From: an uncultured Bacteroidales bacterium
GTDB taxonomy: Bacteria > Bacteroidota > Bacteroidia > Bacteroidales > CAIWKO01
Reading direction: 5' to 3'
Assembly: GCA_964469155.1 (NCBI GenBank)
Contig: CAYXXU010000006.1
Coordinates: 7,591-71,590, forward strand
DNA length: 64,000 nucleotides
This document shows positions 28,960-39,510 of this stretch, one piece after another (position 1 is the first letter of the stretch; each line of letters opens with the position of its first letter). The notes beneath the pieces are model-generated. The model saw nothing but the letters and a program-made list of their open reading frames with translations, was not told the DNA's origin and made no database searches. The position numbers were made by a program, and so were the translations under genes.

Positions 28960-30159
28960 TCAATTGGTTTTTCCGGGGTAAACCTTCAATGCCTCTTCCA
29001 GGCATTTCATTGCCATTTTCAGGTCATCCACTTTCAGCACATAACTGATTCTTACCTCATCCTTTCCCAATCCCGGAGTTGAATAGAATCCAGTGGTCGG
29101 GGCCAGCATTACCGTTTGTTTGTTGTACTCAAAATCTTCGAGCAACCATTGGCAGAATTTATCAGAATCGTCGATGGGTAAACGGGCTACTGCATAAAAA
29201 GCGCCTTTTGGTTTCGGACAAAAACAACCCGGTATTTTATTTATCGATTCCACTACAATATTCCTTCGTGCAATGTATTCAGACATTACATTGTCAAAGT
29301 AGGATTGCGGAGTATCAATGGCCGCTTCGGATAATACCTGGCCAAATGTAGGAGGACTTAAGCGAGCCTGTGCAAATTTCATTACCGTACTATAAATTTC
29401 CTGATTACGGGTAATAAAAGTTCCAACCCTGGCACCACAAGCGCTGTAACGTTTCGAAACAGAATCCAGTAAAATCACATTGTTATCTATTCCTTTCAGA
29501 TTCATAACCGAAAAGTGTTTTTCGCCATCATAACAAAACTCTCTGTATACCTCATCAGAAAATAAATAGAGATCATATTTCAAAACCAACGAACGGAGTT
29601 CCTGCAATTCAGCTTCCGAATATAAATAACCGGTTGGGTTATTTGGATTACAAACCATAATTGCTTTGGTTTTTGAGGTTATCAGTTTTTCGAATTCGCT
29701 GATAGCAGGTAAAGCAAACCCATTCTCTATATTTGAAATGACAGGTTTTACGACCACTCCGGCAGTTATGGCAAATCCATTGTAATTTGCGTAGAAAGGT
29801 TCAGGAATAATAACTTCATCACCCGGGTCCATGCAGGTCATAAAAGCGAATAAAATACCTTCGGAACCTCCGTTTGTGACAATGATTTGGTTTTCGTTGA
29901 TATCGATGTCGCATTTCTTATAATATTCCACCAGTTTTTTCCGGTACGATATCATTCCGGCTGAATGACTATATTCTACCACCTTTATGGAAGTATTTTT
30001 CAATGCCTCCATGGCTCCAACCGGAGTTTCGATGTCGGGTTGACCTATGTTCAAATGATACACTTTAATGCCTTTACTTTTGGCAACTTCTGAGTATGGA
30101 ACTAATTTTCTGATGGGTGAGGCTGGCATGGAAATGCCTTTTGTTGAAATTTTTGGCAT
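28960..30159 (-). CDS. Class I/II PLP-dependent aminotransferase (AspC-like)
   Basis: HLNIGQPD, CNPNNPTG, SDEVY, DSVSKRYSACGARVG (PLP lysine). Confidence 0.93.
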   Translation of the reverse strand: MPKISTKGISMPASPIRKLVPYSEVAKSKGIKVYHLNIGQPDIETPVGAMEALKNTSIKVVEYSHSAGMISYRKKLVEYYKKCDIDINENQIIVTNGGSEGILFAFMTCMDPGDEVIIPEPFYANYNGFAITAGVVVKPVISNIENGFALPAISEFEKLITSKTKAIMVCNPNNPTGYLYSEAELQELRSLVLKYDLYLFSDEVYREFCYDGEKHFSVMNLKGIDNNVILLDSVSKRYSACGARVGTFITRNQEIYSTVMKFAQARLSPPTFGQVLSEAAIDTPQSYFDNVMSEYIARRNIVVESINKIPGCFCPKPKGAFYAVARLPIDDSDKFCQWLLEDFEYNKQTVMLAPTTGFYSTPGLGKDEVRISYVLKVDDLKMAMKCLEEALKVYPGKTN

Positions 30160-30178
30160 GTTTACAAACTTAAATGAA

Positions 30179-30207
30179 TAAAAAAAACCGGTAATAAAAT
30201 TACCGGT
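30179..30207 (-). terminator. Intrinsic terminator after the DUF1573 operon
   Basis: ACCGGTAAT-AAA-ATTACCGGT stem followed on the minus strand by a long T-tract. Confidence 0.7.
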
Positions 30208-30256
30208 GCAAATTTTTAACTTTTTTTTGAATAAAAGTGCAAAAATCCTTTTTTAT

Positions 30257-30655
30257 TTACTTTGCATTGACAGTTCCCTTTATGGTTATCACAACCGAAG
30301 AGTTGGTGGCATTCGAAATTACCGTTATAGTCTTACTAAAGGTTCCAATATTATTGGTATTATACCCGATATTAATAACTCCGCTCTGACCCGGCAGTAT
30401 GGGTTCTTTACTCCAGGTTGGGGTTGTACAACCGCATGATTTTCGAACATCAGATAGAATTAATGGTTCATTACCGGTATTCTTGAATTTAAATACACAA
30501 TCGCCGTTGGCACCCTGTATAATGGTTCCATAATCATGTTCCAGGTTCTCGAAAGTTATTTCCGGACCATCAGCTTTTTTTACGGTCGAAGTTTGGGCTT
30601 GTGCTGCAAAGGCAACAAATAAAAACATTGCAAAAATTAAAGTCAGTTTTTTCAT
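30257..30655 (-). CDS. DUF1573 domain protein
   Basis: FKFKNTGNEPLIL..V..SCGCT.P..SKEPILPG. Confidence 0.9.
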   Translation of the reverse strand: MKKLTLIFAMFLFVAFAAQAQTSTVKKADGPEITFENLEHDYGTIIQGANGDCVFKFKNTGNEPLILSDVRKSCGCTTPTWSKEPILPGQSGVINIGYNTNNIGTFSKTITVISNATNSSVVITIKGTVNAK

Positions 30656-30691
30656 GATATTTGTTAATTGAAATTTATATTTGGTTAATAA

Positions 30692-31135
30692 TTAATTGGC
30701 AGAGGGTGTAAATCCATTGTTTATTACCTTTTCAGGTAATATTTCGTTTGGTTTTTGAATTACATTTCCTTTAATATTCAACATAAGGGTGGCTTCAGTG
30801 GCATTAGATACTACCGTGATTTGCTTACTGATGGTTCCCAATCGCTTTGTATCGTAAGTTACCTGTATTGAAGAAGTTTGTCCCGGAAGTATAGGATCTT
30901 TTGGCCATTTGGGGACAGTGCAACCACAGGAAGATCTCACACTAGAGAGGATCAGGGGCTCGTCGCCTTCGTTCTTAAAAATAAAATTACAACTTCCGTC
31001 AGCACCCTGATAAATGGTTCCATAATCGTAAACCTGTGATTCAAATTTTATCACCGGTCCTTTAGATTGCTGAGCAAAGGAGCTATATGAGAACAATGAA
31101 ACAAAAAGAAAACTGCAAAAGATAAACCTTTTCAT
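30692..31135 (-). CDS. DUF1573 domain protein (tandem paralog)
   Basis: FKNEGDEPLIL..V.SSCGCTVP..PKDPILPG; start moved to MKRFIF; promoter TAATTTTG at 31157-31164. Confidence 0.9.
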   Translation of the reverse strand: MKRFIFCSFLFVSLFSYSSFAQQSKGPVIKFESQVYDYGTIYQGADGSCNFIFKNEGDEPLILSSVRSSCGCTVPKWPKDPILPGQTSSIQVTYDTKRLGTISKQITVVSNATEATLMLNIKGNVIQKPNEILPEKVINNGFTPSAN

Positions 31136-31264
31136 AAAAACTATTTTACTAACGGGCAAAATTACAAAGAAAAAATAAAAACAATGAAATTTTTTAGATA
31201 ATTTCTTTTTCAAATAATATGCCAAATTAATGAAACGAAGAATTTAATTAAAAAACTGGGAGTC

Positions 31265-32506
31265 TCAGATTTTAAATTTGTACAGTTTCTTGTACTCCTG
31301 ATTATACTTCTCCTTATAGAGGAAATAAACTACATCATCATAAACTTTTATCTTTTCGATAAAAACAAAAGCAGGTATTGAAACTGACTGAACAATTTTA
31401 CCGCTATTGATATCTACTTCCTTTAAAGTAGAAAGACCATTTTTGCGAAATACGAAGTATACTTTTGAACCTGCGTTGTCAACCAGCAATTCACCGGCAA
31501 AGCTTTTATCCTGCTGAAAACTGATATCGTATTTCCCTATTGGGTCAGCATTTGCGGAATATTTCTCAATTTTTGATTCAATAAAATTAAACAATACCAG
31601 GGTATCCTCCAAACAAACCAAGGGTGCATAGACCGGCCGCAGCATGATCAATTGCTGAAACCTGATATCTTCTTCCTTTCCATCGAAATAATATCCCTTC
31701 CGGTTTCTTTTAAGGTTATCGGCATCAACTATTTTTTTAAAACAATTCAGGGTATCGTTGATTTGCTCGTAATTAAAATAATCGATTTCCTGATGGTTGT
31801 TGTACGATCCCTTCAGATAATACCGGGTACCCGACTGCCCCAACACTACATTGTTCACGGCGTCATAATCGGCGATATCGACCGGATCGGAAAGGTATAA
31901 TCCGGTGGAATCAAAATTCACTGCCCAGGCAACCGTTTTGGTATAAAGAAAAACTCTTCCTGTATAGTCTTTACATAGCTTAACCGGTTTGGAAACTTCC
32001 ACTCGTGAAAGCGTATCGCCATTAAGATCAATGAGCAAAAGCACCGGAGTCAGGAAACTTTGGTTTTCGAATGCCAAAACTATCATCCTGTCGGCATAAA
32101 ATTCAAAATCCATAATGTGGTAATGTTTATCAGGCATCACCTGTAACGGAACATTCACAGAAATTTCTACCGCTTTCAGATCAAAAGATTTGCTTGTTAA
32201 AACAAATTTTTGGGTATTTCGGACATCGGTTATCAAAACCTCTTTCGTATAATACGAAATGTGCCGTAGTTGAAGTTTGGCAGGCAGGCTGCTGTGCGAA
32301 AAAGAAAAAAAACCATTTTCGTCCGTTACTGCCTTGGCAGAATTATCATCATTGATGATTTCAACCTGTTGCACAGGCGACCGGGTTACTGAGTCGTAAA
32401 TATATCCCCTGATCTGAACATTCTGGGATAGTGCAACAAAATTGATGATACAACTTAATAAGACGAGTATGGTTTTTTTTCTGATCATGGCAAAAAAGAT
32501 AATCAA
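31265..32506 (-). CDS. Exported protein with carboxypeptidase-regulatory-like N-domain and probable beta-propeller C-region
   Basis: Signal peptide, IRGYIYDS..TDENGFF..HISY, then beta-rich repeats. Confidence 0.7.
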   Translation of the reverse strand: MIIFFAMIRKKTILVLLSCIINFVALSQNVQIRGYIYDSVTRSPVQQVEIINDDNSAKAVTDENGFFSFSHSSLPAKLQLRHISYYTKEVLITDVRNTQKFVLTSKSFDLKAVEISVNVPLQVMPDKHYHIMDFEFYADRMIVLAFENQSFLTPVLLLIDLNGDTLSRVEVSKPVKLCKDYTGRVFLYTKTVAWAVNFDSTGLYLSDPVDIADYDAVNNVVLGQSGTRYYLKGSYNNHQEIDYFNYEQINDTLNCFKKIVDADNLKRNRKGYYFDGKEEDIRFQQLIMLRPVYAPLVCLEDTLVLFNFIESKIEKYSANADPIGKYDISFQQDKSFAGELLVDNAGSKVYFVFRKNGLSTLKEVDINSGKIVQSVSIPAFVFIEKIKVYDDVVYFLYKEKYNQEYKKLYKFKI

Positions 32507-32536
32507 CCCATTAATAAAACTATTATTGCAAGTGCT

Positions 32537-33232
32537 TTACCTGTCGAAAAAGCTCTTGGTTTCTATCACAATGCAGCCACCGGTAAAATCGCCATACTGT
32601 GCAGGAACACCCCCAGTATAAACCGCCAGGCTACCAATAGCACCGGAGGGAACATGAGCCTGTCCGTCAGATGATTTTACCCCATCTACGATATACACAA
32701 AATTATCGTTTCGTGAACCTCTGAAATAAATTTCGTCACGTTCGGTCACATAAATTTCCGAAGTCAGTTTACTGAGAACACTTACAAGATTTTTGTTTCC
32801 GGCCATGTCTTTCAATTCATCCCCGCGGATAAAAGTTATCGGGATAGGTCTGATCAACGGATCTCTTTGACCAAAAATCTCAGCAGGTTTGCCGTCAATC
32901 ATTATGCCTTCGTTTGACACATAAAGATCGTCCATACGGGTCATATTTCCGGGATTAACTACCACATCATTAATAGTATCCGATTTATATCCCATATAGG
33001 ATATAATCACAGTGTACTTGCCCGACGAGAGGGATTTAACCGAATAATCACCGTTATGATCCGTAACAGTTCCTGTGGTGATTATTCCGTTCTTTACAAT
33101 AACATAGGCGCCGGGAAGAGATAGTTTTGAAGCATTATCAAACAATCTCCCTTTAATCTCACCGGTTCCCTGTGCATAAGTTTGTGCAATCAATATTATT
33201 ATTGCTGCACCAAAAGCGATTAATTTTTTCAT
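32537..33232 (-). CDS. Carboxypeptidase-regulatory-like domain plus TonB plug domain, no barrel
   Basis: GEIKGRLFD..TDHNGDY; YFRGSR..YIVDGVK..YTGGVPAQYGDFTGGCIVIETK, ends right after the plug. Confidence 0.8.
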   Translation of the reverse strand: MKKLIAFGAAIIILIAQTYAQGTGEIKGRLFDNASKLSLPGAYVIVKNGIITTGTVTDHNGDYSVKSLSSGKYTVIISYMGYKSDTINDVVVNPGNMTRMDDLYVSNEGIMIDGKPAEIFGQRDPLIRPIPITFIRGDELKDMAGNKNLVSVLSKLTSEIYVTERDEIYFRGSRNDNFVYIVDGVKSSDGQAHVPSGAIGSLAVYTGGVPAQYGDFTGGCIVIETKSFFDR

Positions 33233-33313
33233 AAGCGTGTTTTTTTAAGGTTAATATTAATTTCAAATTCAGGTGTTAAATTACAATAATCCGAAAGGGA
33301 TTGTTATGGTAAA

Positions 33314-33368
33314 TCAGTTAACGGTAGGATAATTTCAGTTAACGGTAGGTTTTTGCCAGTTAACGGTA
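33314..33368. promoter_or_regulatory. Three CAGTTAACGGTA direct repeats at 21-bp period, LytTR-type operator
   Basis: Copies at 33315, 33336 and 33357; resemble the AgrA-type ACAGTTAAG-N12 box. Confidence 0.65.
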
Positions 33369-33476
33369 AAGCGCATTTTTAAAAACGTAAAAAAAACAAC
33401 TCCCGCTGATACAAAAAGTCATTAAATAAAAATCACTGTTTAAAATTTATTTATCTTTGAATAAAATTTAATCACT

Positions 33477-33710
33477 ATGCAGATTTCTTCAATTTTATTA
33501 GGAATCATCGGAGGTCAGGAGATTATTCTAATTTTGATTATCATCCTCGTTTTGTTTGGCGGAAAAAAAATCCCTGAACTGATGCGCGGCCTGGGAAAAG
33601 GTGTTAATGAGTATAAGAAAGCCAAAAATGAAGTACTGGAAGATATAGGCGACCCATCCAAAGAACAACCTTCAAAATCCGCGAACACCGACAATAAAGA
33701 AGCCCATTAA
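33477..33710 (+). CDS. tatA: Twin-arginine translocase TatA/TatE
   Basis: [28 protein letters not shown]; promoter TATCTTTG at 33452-33459. Confidence 0.93.
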   Translation: MQISSILLGIIGGQEIILILIIILVLFGGKKIPELMRGLGKGVNEYKKAKNEVLEDIGDPSKEQPSKSANTDNKEAH

Positions 33711-33718
33711 TCTTTTTC

Positions 33719-34555
33719 ATGTATCGCTTCTTCTTTAAAAAACTTTCTGAGAAAACAGAAGATCAAACCTTCTGGGATCATGCAGATGTTTTAAGGATAT
33801 ATCTGATACGTTCCATCCTCCTTATTTTTCTTTTTGCAATTACCGCTTTCTTTTTCAAAGATTTTATCTTCAATGCTATCATTATGGGGCCCAAACACCC
33901 CGATTTCATTACCTACCGTTTGTTATGCTCGCTGGGCAAACAGTTTCATGTAGATTCTTTGTGTTTTAAAGAAATCCCTTTTAACTTAATCAATATTGAG
34001 CTGGGCGGACAGTTTCGCTGGCACATGATCATTTCTATCGTAACCGGTATCATCATTGGGTTTCCATTCATTTTATACCAGTTGTGGTTGTTTGTTAAAC
34101 CGGCTCTCAGGCCCTCTGAACTAAAAAATTCACGGGGCACATTATTCTATATTACGGCTTTATTTAGCCTGGGAGTTCTGTTCGGATATTATATCATACT
34201 TCCTTTGACCATTAATTTTCTGGCCAACTACGAACTAAGTACCGATATTAAAAACCAGATCACCATTGCATCTTATATCTCTACCGCCACCTGGTTGCCT
34301 ATTTCAACCGGATTGGTATTCGAATTGCCTGTTCTTGTGTTTTTTCTGGCCAAGATCGGGCTGATCACAGCCAAATTTTTAAGACGAAACCGAAAATATT
34401 CCATTGTCTTAATTCTCATCCTTGCCGGTATCATCACACCATCCACCGATATGTTCAGCCAGATATTGGTAGCATTGCCGCTGTATGCCTTATACGAAGT
34501 AAGTATCAGCATAGCAGCCAGGATCAATAAAAAACAAAGGCTGCAAGAAATTTAA
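33719..34555 (+). CDS. tatC: Twin-arginine translocase TatC
   Basis: FWDH, YQLWLFVKPAL, GLVFELP, GIITP.D..SQ..VALP...LYE. Confidence 0.95.
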   Translation: MYRFFFKKLSEKTEDQTFWDHADVLRIYLIRSILLIFLFAITAFFFKDFIFNAIIMGPKHPDFITYRLLCSLGKQFHVDSLCFKEIPFNLINIELGGQFRWHMIISIVTGIIIGFPFILYQLWLFVKPALRPSELKNSRGTLFYITALFSLGVLFGYYIILPLTINFLANYELSTDIKNQITIASYISTATWLPISTGLVFELPVLVFFLAKIGLITAKFLRRNRKYSIVLILILAGIITPSTDMFSQILVALPLYALYEVSISIAARINKKQRLQEI

Positions 34556-34680
34556 CAGGCCATCATTTCCAAAAACAGCCCTGCAAAAACCTTATTCCGG
34601 TGATGGCACGTTAAAAAAAGGTTAATCACCTATTATATTCGGCAACTTCTCTATTTTTACAAAAAATTAATCCAACCTAC

Positions 34681-37600
34681 ATGAAAAAAATTTTCACTAC
34701 AATTTGTCTGCTTATTATTTCCACAGTTTTGTTTTCACAGGTTTATGAAGGCCGCAATGCTGAAAAGTTCGTAAAAGGAAGCCAGATGGTAAGGTTTTCC
34801 GGAAATACCGAAAATCCAACTTACATACGATTGAACAGCGCTTCGCAACCCGCTTATTACGAGCTGCAAACCTGGCTAAGTGCTACCTTCAACCTGACAG
34901 CCGGTTCCGGAATGGTTCTCCTCAGCAAAGAAACCGATCAAATCGGCTACGAGCATTTCAGATATCAGCAAACCATCAATAACATTCCCATACGCGAGGC
35001 TATATTCATCATCCATGTGCAGCAGGGCAAAATAATATCTTTCAACGGAACCCTTTTCAGTGCACCTTCGGTTCAGAATCACATAACCCTCAGTGAAGAT
35101 GAGGCTTTGCAATCGGCCCTGACCATGGTGCATGCTTCGGAATATATGTGGCAGAGCAATGGTAATGAGGCCTGGCTAAAAGAATTTACCGGCAAAGCCG
35201 ATGCCACCTATTTCCCCAAAGCTGTCAAAGAGATAGTGTATAATCCACAGGCAAAATCATTCCGTACGGCTTATAAATTCGATATCTATGCCAGCAGACC
35301 CCTTTCGCGTCAGGATGTTTATATTGATGCTGAAACCGGAAAGTTATTGAAAAAACTCAACACCCTGCATACCGGCGATGCTCATGGCACAGCAGTTACC
35401 AAATACAGCGGCACGAAACCCATCACTACCGATTCGCTTTCAACTACTTCGTTCCGCTTGCGCGAAACCGGCAGGGGCAACGGCATCAGAACCTATAATA
35501 TGCTCACCGGTACCGATTACGCATCGGCAGTAGATTTCACTGATGCTGATAATTACTGGAACAACACCGCCAATATGGACAATGCAGCCGGCGATGCCCA
35601 TTGGGGAGCAGAAATGACCTACGACTATTTTTATCTGAAACACGGACGCAACAGCATCGACGGTAATGGATTCGCTTTGTACAGTTATATTCATTATGAT
35701 GTGGCCTACGGAAATGCCTTTTGGGATGGCCAACGCATGACATACGGCGATGGCAGTAACAACAATCCATTCACAACACTTGATATTTGCGGACACGAAA
35801 TCACCCACGGGCTCGATTCGTACACCGCTAATCTCGATTATGCCGACGAATCGGGTGCTATGAACGAAGGCTTCAGCGATATTTTCGGAACCGCCATTGA
35901 ATTTTATGGGAAACCCTCCACAGCCAACTGGACCTGCGGCGAAGATATAGGAATGATAATACGTAATCTGGCCAACCCCAATGCCACGCAAAACCCCGAC
36001 ACCTATCTGGGAACTTACTGGGACCTGGCACAGGAAGTACATGCCAACAGCACCGTTCTGAGCCACTGGTATTACAGGGTTTGTCAGGGAGGAAGTGGAA
36101 CTAACGATTTAGGCCATGCATTTTCTGTAACAGGCATAGGGATGACAAAGGCAAACAACATAGCTTTCCGTATGCTGACTGTTTATCTGACCAGTACCTC
36201 TGATTATGCCGATGCACGTTTCTATGCCATACAGGCAGCCACCGACCTCTTTGGAGGCTGCACCCCCGAAGTAGAAACCGTTACCAATGCCATGTATGCT
36301 GTCGGAATTGGCGCTGCCTATGTTCCCACCGTTGTGGTTGATTTTGATGCCAACAACACCATCAGCTGTTCGGCACCCATCTCGGTTCAGTTTATCAACC
36401 AAAGTACCAATGCCACCAATTTTATATGGAACTTTGGCGACGGAGGCACCTCCACCCTGCAAAACCCCAGCCATACCTATAATGCTTTGGGAACCTATAA
36501 TGTAAAACTCAAGGGACAAAGCGCCGGTTGCGGATCTGATTCACTCACTCAAAATGCCTTTGTTAGCATTGCCACCACCAACTCCAACTATGCCAGTATT
36601 CCTGCCAATGAAACCGGAACCACGCTTACCTGCTGCACAGGCACACTATTTGATAGCGGCGAAACAAACGACTACAGCAACAACACCGACGGTGTAATTA
36701 CCATTGCACCCTCAGGAGCTTCTTCTTTAATGCTCACCTTTACGTCTTTCAGTTTCGAATCGGGCTACGATTACCTTTATATATACAACGGCCCGTCAAC
36801 CTCATCGCCTCTCATAGGGCAATATGACGGAACCAATCTGCCCAATGGCGGTGTGATCCAATCCACCGGAGGAGCCATCACACTGCGTCAGACCACCGAT
36901 GGCGGCGTTACCGCATCCGGATTTGCCCTTACCTGGCAATGCAGCATGCCATCGTCGCCGCCGCAAAGTAATTTCTATGCCGCCGAAACATCTACCTGCA
37001 CAGGTGTGATACATTTTCATGATATGACCGTCAATGGCCCGGCATCCTGGCTTTGGAACTTCGGCGACGGCAATACCTCAACCCTGCAAAATCCGGTTCA
37101 TGCATATCAGGCAAACGGCGTGTATACCGTGAAACTAAAAACCACCAATGCTTTCGGGGCCGACTCTACCGTCAAAATCAGCTATATCAACGTTAACAAC
37201 CTTCCCGCCCTCCCGGCCGCAACGCCCGGCAACGCCTGCGATTCCAGCACCATCACCCTGACGGCCACCGGAAACGGGCAACTCAACTGGTACGACGCCC
37301 TGACCGACGGAACCCTGCTTGGCACAGGACCTACCTTTGTTACCCCTGTGCTCTATTCCACCACCACCTTCTATGTAGAAGATAAAATGGTGTCTCCTTC
37401 GCAATATGTAGGTAAAACCGACAACTCAGGCAGCGGATCGAATTACAACAGCGCAACCAACACACACTACGAAATATTCAATTGCTATCAGCCTGTCACC
37501 CTGGTTTCGGTGAAAGTATATGCCGAAGGCGACGGCAATCGTACCATTCAACTGCGCGACAGCAGCCAGTCGGTGCTGCAATCGGCCTCCGTATATATTC

Positions 37601-38151
37601 CAGACGGAGAAAGCCGTATCAACCTCAATTTCGCCCTGCCGGTGCAGCAAAGCCTGCAATTGGTGTGCACCGGAGCACCCAACTTGTTCCGAAACAATAA
37701 TGGGTCAGCCACCTATCCTTACACGATAGCTGGTCTGCTAAAGATCACCGAATCGAGCGCCTCGAAACCGCCATACAACGTTACGGGCAATTACTACTAT
37801 TTCTACGATTGGGAAGTAAAAGAAACCGAATGCGCCAGTCCCCGTGTGCCCGTAGTGGCCACTATTGTGGAATGCAACGGCATAGCCGAAAACAATGAAA
37901 ATAGCCGTTTTGCCGTTTATCCCAATCCTGCCACCGAAACCCTCACGGTCGAATTTTCTTCCGCACTGCCACAACCATATACCCTCACCCTTTACGATGT
38001 GATAGGCAAAACCGTCTGTAGCAGCAGCATTAATGCTGTCAGCGGAACCAACCTCCACAAAATATCACTAATCAATGTAAGGCCTGGAGTATATTTCATC
38101 AACCTGATAAGCAGTTCGATTAATAGAACGGAGAAGGTGGTGGTGAAATAG
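34681..38151 (+). CDS. M4 (thermolysin) family metallopeptidase with PKD, CUB, PKD, Ig-like and T9SS domains
   Basis: FTP/PepSY propeptide, NAFWDG, HEITH, GAMNEGFSD, two WNFGDG PKD motifs, ESGYDYLYIYNG CUB, VYPNP CTD. Confidence 0.93.
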   Translation: MKKIFTTICLLIISTVLFSQVYEGRNAEKFVKGSQMVRFSGNTENPTYIRLNSASQPAYYELQTWLSATFNLTAGSGMVLLSKETDQIGYEHFRYQQTINNIPIREAIFIIHVQQGKIISFNGTLFSAPSVQNHITLSEDEALQSALTMVHASEYMWQSNGNEAWLKEFTGKADATYFPKAVKEIVYNPQAKSFRTAYKFDIYASRPLSRQDVYIDAETGKLLKKLNTLHTGDAHGTAVTKYSGTKPITTDSLSTTSFRLRETGRGNGIRTYNMLTGTDYASAVDFTDADNYWNNTANMDNAAGDAHWGAEMTYDYFYLKHGRNSIDGNGFALYSYIHYDVAYGNAFWDGQRMTYGDGSNNNPFTTLDICGHEITHGLDSYTANLDYADESGAMNEGFSDIFGTAIEFYGKPSTANWTCGEDIGMIIRNLANPNATQNPDTYLGTYWDLAQEVHANSTVLSHWYYRVCQGGSGTNDLGHAFSVTGIGMTKANNIAFRMLTVYLTSTSDYADARFYAIQAATDLFGGCTPEVETVTNAMYAVGIGAAYVPTVVVDFDANNTISCSAPISVQFINQSTNATNFIWNFGDGGTSTLQNPSHTYNALGTYNVKLKGQSAGCGSDSLTQNAFVSIATTNSNYASIPANETGTTLTCCTGTLFDSGETNDYSNNTDGVITIAPSGASSLMLTFTSFSFESGYDYLYIYNGPSTSSPLIGQYDGTNLPNGGVIQSTGGAITLRQTTDGGVTASGFALTWQCSMPSSPPQSNFYAAETSTCTGVIHFHDMTVNGPASWLWNFGDGNTSTLQNPVHAYQANGVYTVKLKTTNAFGADSTVKISYINVNNLPALPAATPGNACDSSTITLTATGNGQLNWYDALTDGTLLGTGPTFVTPVLYSTTTFYVEDKMVSPSQYVGKTDNSGSGSNYNSATNTHYEIFNCYQPVTLVSVKVYAEGDGNRTIQLRDSSQSVLQSASVYIPDGESRINLNFALPVQQSLQLVCTGAPNLFRNNNGSATYPYTIAGLLKITESSASKPPYNVTGNYYYFYDWEVKETECASPRVPVVATIVECNGIAENNENSRFAVYPNPATETLTVEFSSALPQPYTLTLYDVIGKTVCSSSINAVSGTNLHKISLINVRPGVYFINLISSSINRTEKVVVK

Positions 38152-38192
38152 CCGGAAGTTGGAAGACCGAAGATAAGAAGTAAAAAAAACTC

Positions 38193-38222
38193 AAAAGGCC
38201 TGCCGGATTGGCGGGCCTTTTT
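38193..38222. terminator. Bidirectional intrinsic terminator
   Basis: AAAAGGCCTGCC-GGATT-GGCGGGCCTTTTT between convergent genes. Confidence 0.85.
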
Positions 38223-38254
38223 ATTAAGGGTAATAGTGCCTCTATAAAAATTTT

Positions 38255-38995
38255 CTACCAAATCAATCCCGACCAGGGTTGGCTAAAGGGCCCGAAGGTT
38301 TTCCTGCTGCCTTTAAAGCGTTTGCGGGCCAAATACCACGCACGCATGCCTTCCTGTTCAGCATCAAATATTCGGATGTAGTATCCCCTCTTCACTTCAC
38401 CATCGAAAGTAAATTCCTTTACATCAGGGGCCGTTTTCACCGAAGCTTCTTTCACCACCAGGTACACTTCAATGGCATCCACCCCTATGTCGAGCCCTTT
38501 ATGATTGGCACCGGGAGTCATAACGCTGCTTCGGTGCATCAAATGTTTCATCCGGGCTATACCTCCCTCCACACTTACATTGTGACCCGCGCCATCGGCC
38601 CCCGAAGCAGGAGTTTTAATCAGATCAGGAATCCTGAGGCCCATATCTGATTTTTGTGCATCGGTCACCAATGGATTGTTGCGCAAGTACCGGCTGATGA
38701 ATAAGCGCAGGCTGGTATCAGTCGGAATGTCTTTTTTGCCGAATTCATAGGCCTTGCGTGCGCTATTTTTCCGTTGGGTATCCGCCTGATCAAATATTCT
38801 GCTTGCCACCCTGGGCCATGCACTGTCCCACTCCTGCTTTTTTTTGCCGGGGGTATTGGTCAGCAGCACCCATTCAGTTAGTGCGGCAGGTGTAAGGTCC
38901 CAACCGGCCATATACACGTTGGCCCGGGTTACAAAATTATTCTGCCATTCGTTGAACGACAGGTCGGAATGAGGGATAAAGTCTTTTCTAACCAT
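38255..38995 (-). CDS. Hypothetical protein, helical N-domain plus FN3-like C-domain
   Basis: DFIPHSD..F..W..NF, NP.VTD.QK..MGL, C-terminal AWY.AR..GPFSQPW. Confidence 0.78.
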   Translation of the reverse strand: MVRKDFIPHSDLSFNEWQNNFVTRANVYMAGWDLTPAALTEWVLLTNTPGKKKQEWDSAWPRVASRIFDQADTQRKNSARKAYEFGKKDIPTDTSLRLFISRYLRNNPLVTDAQKSDMGLRIPDLIKTPASGADGAGHNVSVEGGIARMKHLMHRSSVMTPGANHKGLDIGVDAIEVYLVVKEASVKTAPDVKEFTFDGEVKRGYYIRIFDAEQEGMRAWYLARKRFKGSRKTFGPFSQPWSGLIW

Positions 38996-39190
38996 GATGT
39001 TTTTGCTTTAGAAATTCGAAATTCAATAGCCAAGTCAGATGCTATGAAAAACGGAATAAAGATAATACATTACCTGATAATAATTACTGAATTTAGCCAG
39101 GATTTTTCAACAACCATTTGCAAACCACTGATATTTAATCGCGAAGCATCACTATCCAGTCGTGAAATTATTATAATAATACGTAAAATT

Positions 39191-39400
39191 GCTACCTGAT
39201 GATATCAGGTAGCTACCTAATTATATCAGATCATACCCTGATTAATTTATATTACGGTATGTATTTATTATATAATGCTCTTGTATTATCATATCGTAAC
39301 CTGTAATTTTTATATAATGGTCTGATATTTTCAGGTTTTAACCTGTTATATTTAGATTATTATCTGTATCAATCAGGTTGTGATCTGATTTATACAGGTA
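39191..39400. repeat. Degenerate array of 10 x 21-bp units with palindromic ACCTGA-N5-TCAGGT core
   Basis: Units at 39191, 39212 ... 39380; (C/T)CTG at positions 5-8 in 7 of 10 units and CAGGT at the unit end in 4. Confidence 0.7.
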
Positions 39401-39510
39401 GGAATAATTGTGAACGAGACTGCTTTGATGGGTTTGTGTAAATGAATTACAATATCTGAAGTACCTGAAGCAATCAAAACAATTGAGGCACTTCCTGAAA
39501 GTCTTGACAC

